This document shows, piece by piece, positions 62,374-64,000 of a stretch of DNA of 64,000 nucleotides. The notes beneath the pieces were generated by a model, which searched no databases, had not been told where the DNA came from, and saw nothing but the letters and a program-made list of their open reading frames with translations. Within the stretch, counting starts at the first letter, position 1; every line of letters starts with the position of its first letter. Made by a program: the position numbers and the translations under genes. The stretch is from an uncultured candidatus Porisulfidus sp. (GTDB taxonomy: Bacteria; Pseudomonadota; Gammaproteobacteria; Poriferisulfidales; Oxydemutatoraceae): NCBI GenBank assembly GCA_965215125.1, contig OZ244052.1, positions 1,344,001 through 1,408,000 of the forward strand, in the 5' to 3' direction.

Positions 62374-63323
62374 TGTGCAAGCCCTTTGATGAATTCATGC
62401 AACCCCGCAAGTTCGGGATAATTGGTAATCGCTTGTTTTATGTAGCGTAGGTTTCTCGGGATAGAGGCCAAATAAGCGGGTTTGTGGTCGCGGTGATTGA
62501 GGCGAGCAAAAATGCCGGTTGTTTTTAGATGCCGTTGTATGCACATCAAGTCAAACCAGCGTATAAAACGTTCTTCGTCTAATCGCTGCGGTGTATGCTC
62601 CAAAAAATAGTGTAGCCATTTTAATTGTTGTGCGGGTTGCCATTCTATATAACAATCTTTTAGCAAGGAGACTAAATCGTAGGTAATAGGTCCCAAGACG
62701 GCATCTTGATAATCCAGCACACCTATCGAGTGGTCGGCGCAACGCATCAGGTTGCGGGAATGATAGTCGCGATGTACGAAAACTTGTGGTTGTTCCAGCG
62801 CATTATCTATCAAATAATTGAAACTTTGTGTGATGAGTCTCTCGTCGTCTGCGTTGAATTTCTTGCCTAAATGAACCTTGCAATACCAATCGGTAAACAG
62901 TTGCATCTCTTCGAGCAATAAGGTGCTGTCGTAAGGCGGCAATGCATCCGTTTCAATCCTTTGTATTTTTAATAACTCGTCTATCGCAAGCCGATATAAC
63001 GGGTCGGCGGTGTCTGCCGAGAGAGCCTTGAGGTAGGTCGTGTTGCCGAAATCTTCCAGCAGGAATAGTCCGGCGGCAACATCGCAGGCGTGTATCAACG
63101 GCACCCGCACATTATTATCTGCGAGTAGGGTTGTGATGTCCTTAAATGCAACCGGGTTCTCCTTATCGGGAGGCATATCGCTTGCGATGAATGTATCCCC
63201 GTTTGTGAAAACCCTGTAATACTTCCTGAAACTTGCGTCGTTATTGAGTGCTTGTATGGTGAAATCGTCTTGACCGAACTTCTGTTCAAGCCAACCGTAC
63301 AATTGCTCGTATCTGTTATCCAT
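62370..63323 (-). CDS. amgK: Anomeric MurNAc/GlcNAc kinase
   Basis: DASFRKY, HRDYHSRNLM, LDYQDA, QRHLK..GIFARL. Confidence 0.92.
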   Translation of the reverse strand: MDNRYEQLYGWLEQKFGQDDFTIQALNNDASFRKYYRVFTNGDTFIASDMPPDKENPVAFKDITTLLADNNVRVPLIHACDVAAGLFLLEDFGNTTYLKALSADTADPLYRLAIDELLKIQRIETDALPPYDSTLLLEEMQLFTDWYCKVHLGKKFNADDERLITQSFNYLIDNALEQPQVFVHRDYHSRNLMRCADHSIGVLDYQDAVLGPITYDLVSLLKDCYIEWQPAQQLKWLHYFLEHTPQRLDEERFIRWFDLMCIQRHLKTTGIFARLNHRDHKPAYLASIPRNLRYIKQAITNYPELAGLHEFIKGLAQ

Positions 63324-63357
63324 CCTACATCAAAGCAACTAATTTACGACAACCATA

Positions 63358-63403
63358 ATTCCCCTCCTGTGGAGGGGGGGCAGGCTGTGCCTGACGGGGT
63401 GGT
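63358..63403 (+). repeat. Unit A palindromic repeat
   Basis: ATTCCCCTCCTGTGGAGGGGGGGCAGGC-TGT-GCCTGACGGGGTGGT. Confidence 0.88.
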
Positions 63404-63411
63404 GGTAGCGT

Positions 63412-63700
63412 CGGGCTGTTGAAAAAGTGCAGACATCGCACAAATCCAACCGCTGTGCGCCACATAATTGTCCAAACCACCTGTAGGGGCAGGATAAAGC
63501 CGCCGATTGAGCCGGTAGGTCAATCGGCAATTTTGATGTCTGCCCTTAAATACCGTCCAGAACAACCGTAACCGCTTACGCCATTTGGTTTTGGTTTCCA
63601 TAAATTGAATGAATGAATGTATAAATCGTGCCGGCCAACGCGTTACGGGCGGACATGCAAGTCCGCCCCTACGGTTCATGGATACTTTTTCAACAGCCCC
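63412..63700 (-). mobile_element. MITE, copy 2, carrying two GTAG-type REP hairpins
   Basis: Perfect 16-bp TIRs GGGCTGTTGAAAAAGT (63413-63428) and ACTTTTTCAACAGCCC (63684-63699); AGCGT on both flanks. Confidence 0.8.
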
Positions 63701-63864
63701 AGCGTGTCTGCACGATTTATACATTTATCCACCAAGTTTATGGCCCACCCCTACGGTTATGTAGCTTACATTGTTTTTTACAAACATTACATTCTGCCTT
63801 TGCTTATATCCAATACTTTTTGAAATGAGTTTATACTATTAGCCTCATTACAAGCAAACTTAAT

Positions 63865-64000
63865 ATGGAACCTCAAAGTCTCTACGGATTGTTTTTAGAA
63901 CGGCTTCGCGTGTCGGGCGACCGATGCGCTTATTTGCAATGGCACAAAGAACGAGATGCTTGGCACGAATACACATGGCAGGATATCGCAAAACGCATAG
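63865..64000 (+). CDS. Start of a probable AMP-dependent (long-chain acyl-CoA) synthetase, truncated by the window end
   Basis: Open frame MEPQSLYGLFLER...AY...W..YTW.D, typical of the FadD-like N-terminus. Confidence 0.55.
   Translation, partial: MEPQSLYGLFLERLRVSGDRCAYLQWHKERDAWHEYTWQDIAKRI

Overview
Chromosomal window of a Gammaproteobacterium, probably a sulfur oxidiser (soeABC, DsrC-family gene, cysQ). The backbone is housekeeping: isc/hsc, iscX-ndk-rlmN-rodZ-hisS-yfgM-bamB-der, dsbB, proC-yggT, tsaD, hemCD, metXW, trxA, pyrE-nadC-murU-amgK and tRNA-Val. A ~21.7 kb accessory block separates fdx from iscX. It holds katG, a membrane-anchored Dcd/dUTPase-fold gene and a type I RM locus. 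In that locus HsdS is fused to an MNT antitoxin next to a HEPN gene, and the hsdS-hsdR gap carries two defence cassettes (Sir2-HerA and Lamassu/ABC-3C) joined by a chimeric 'hsdR-start/hsdS-end' scar. The block ends with an AlwI-family RM system whose first methylase is fused to RadC. Sir2 and HerA both end in SSB-like acidic tails (DDDLDF, DDDIPF). Intergenic regions contain a modular, nested family of palindromic repeats with covarying stems, plus a MITE that inserts into those repeats. Also present: an IS481-like element, a triple FGE/CLec-domain secreted protein, and a decayed islet bounded by a duplicated pyrE 3' end, carrying an MT-A70 methylase and a MunI-like endonuclease relic. All calls come from reading motifs by eye; no searches were run.
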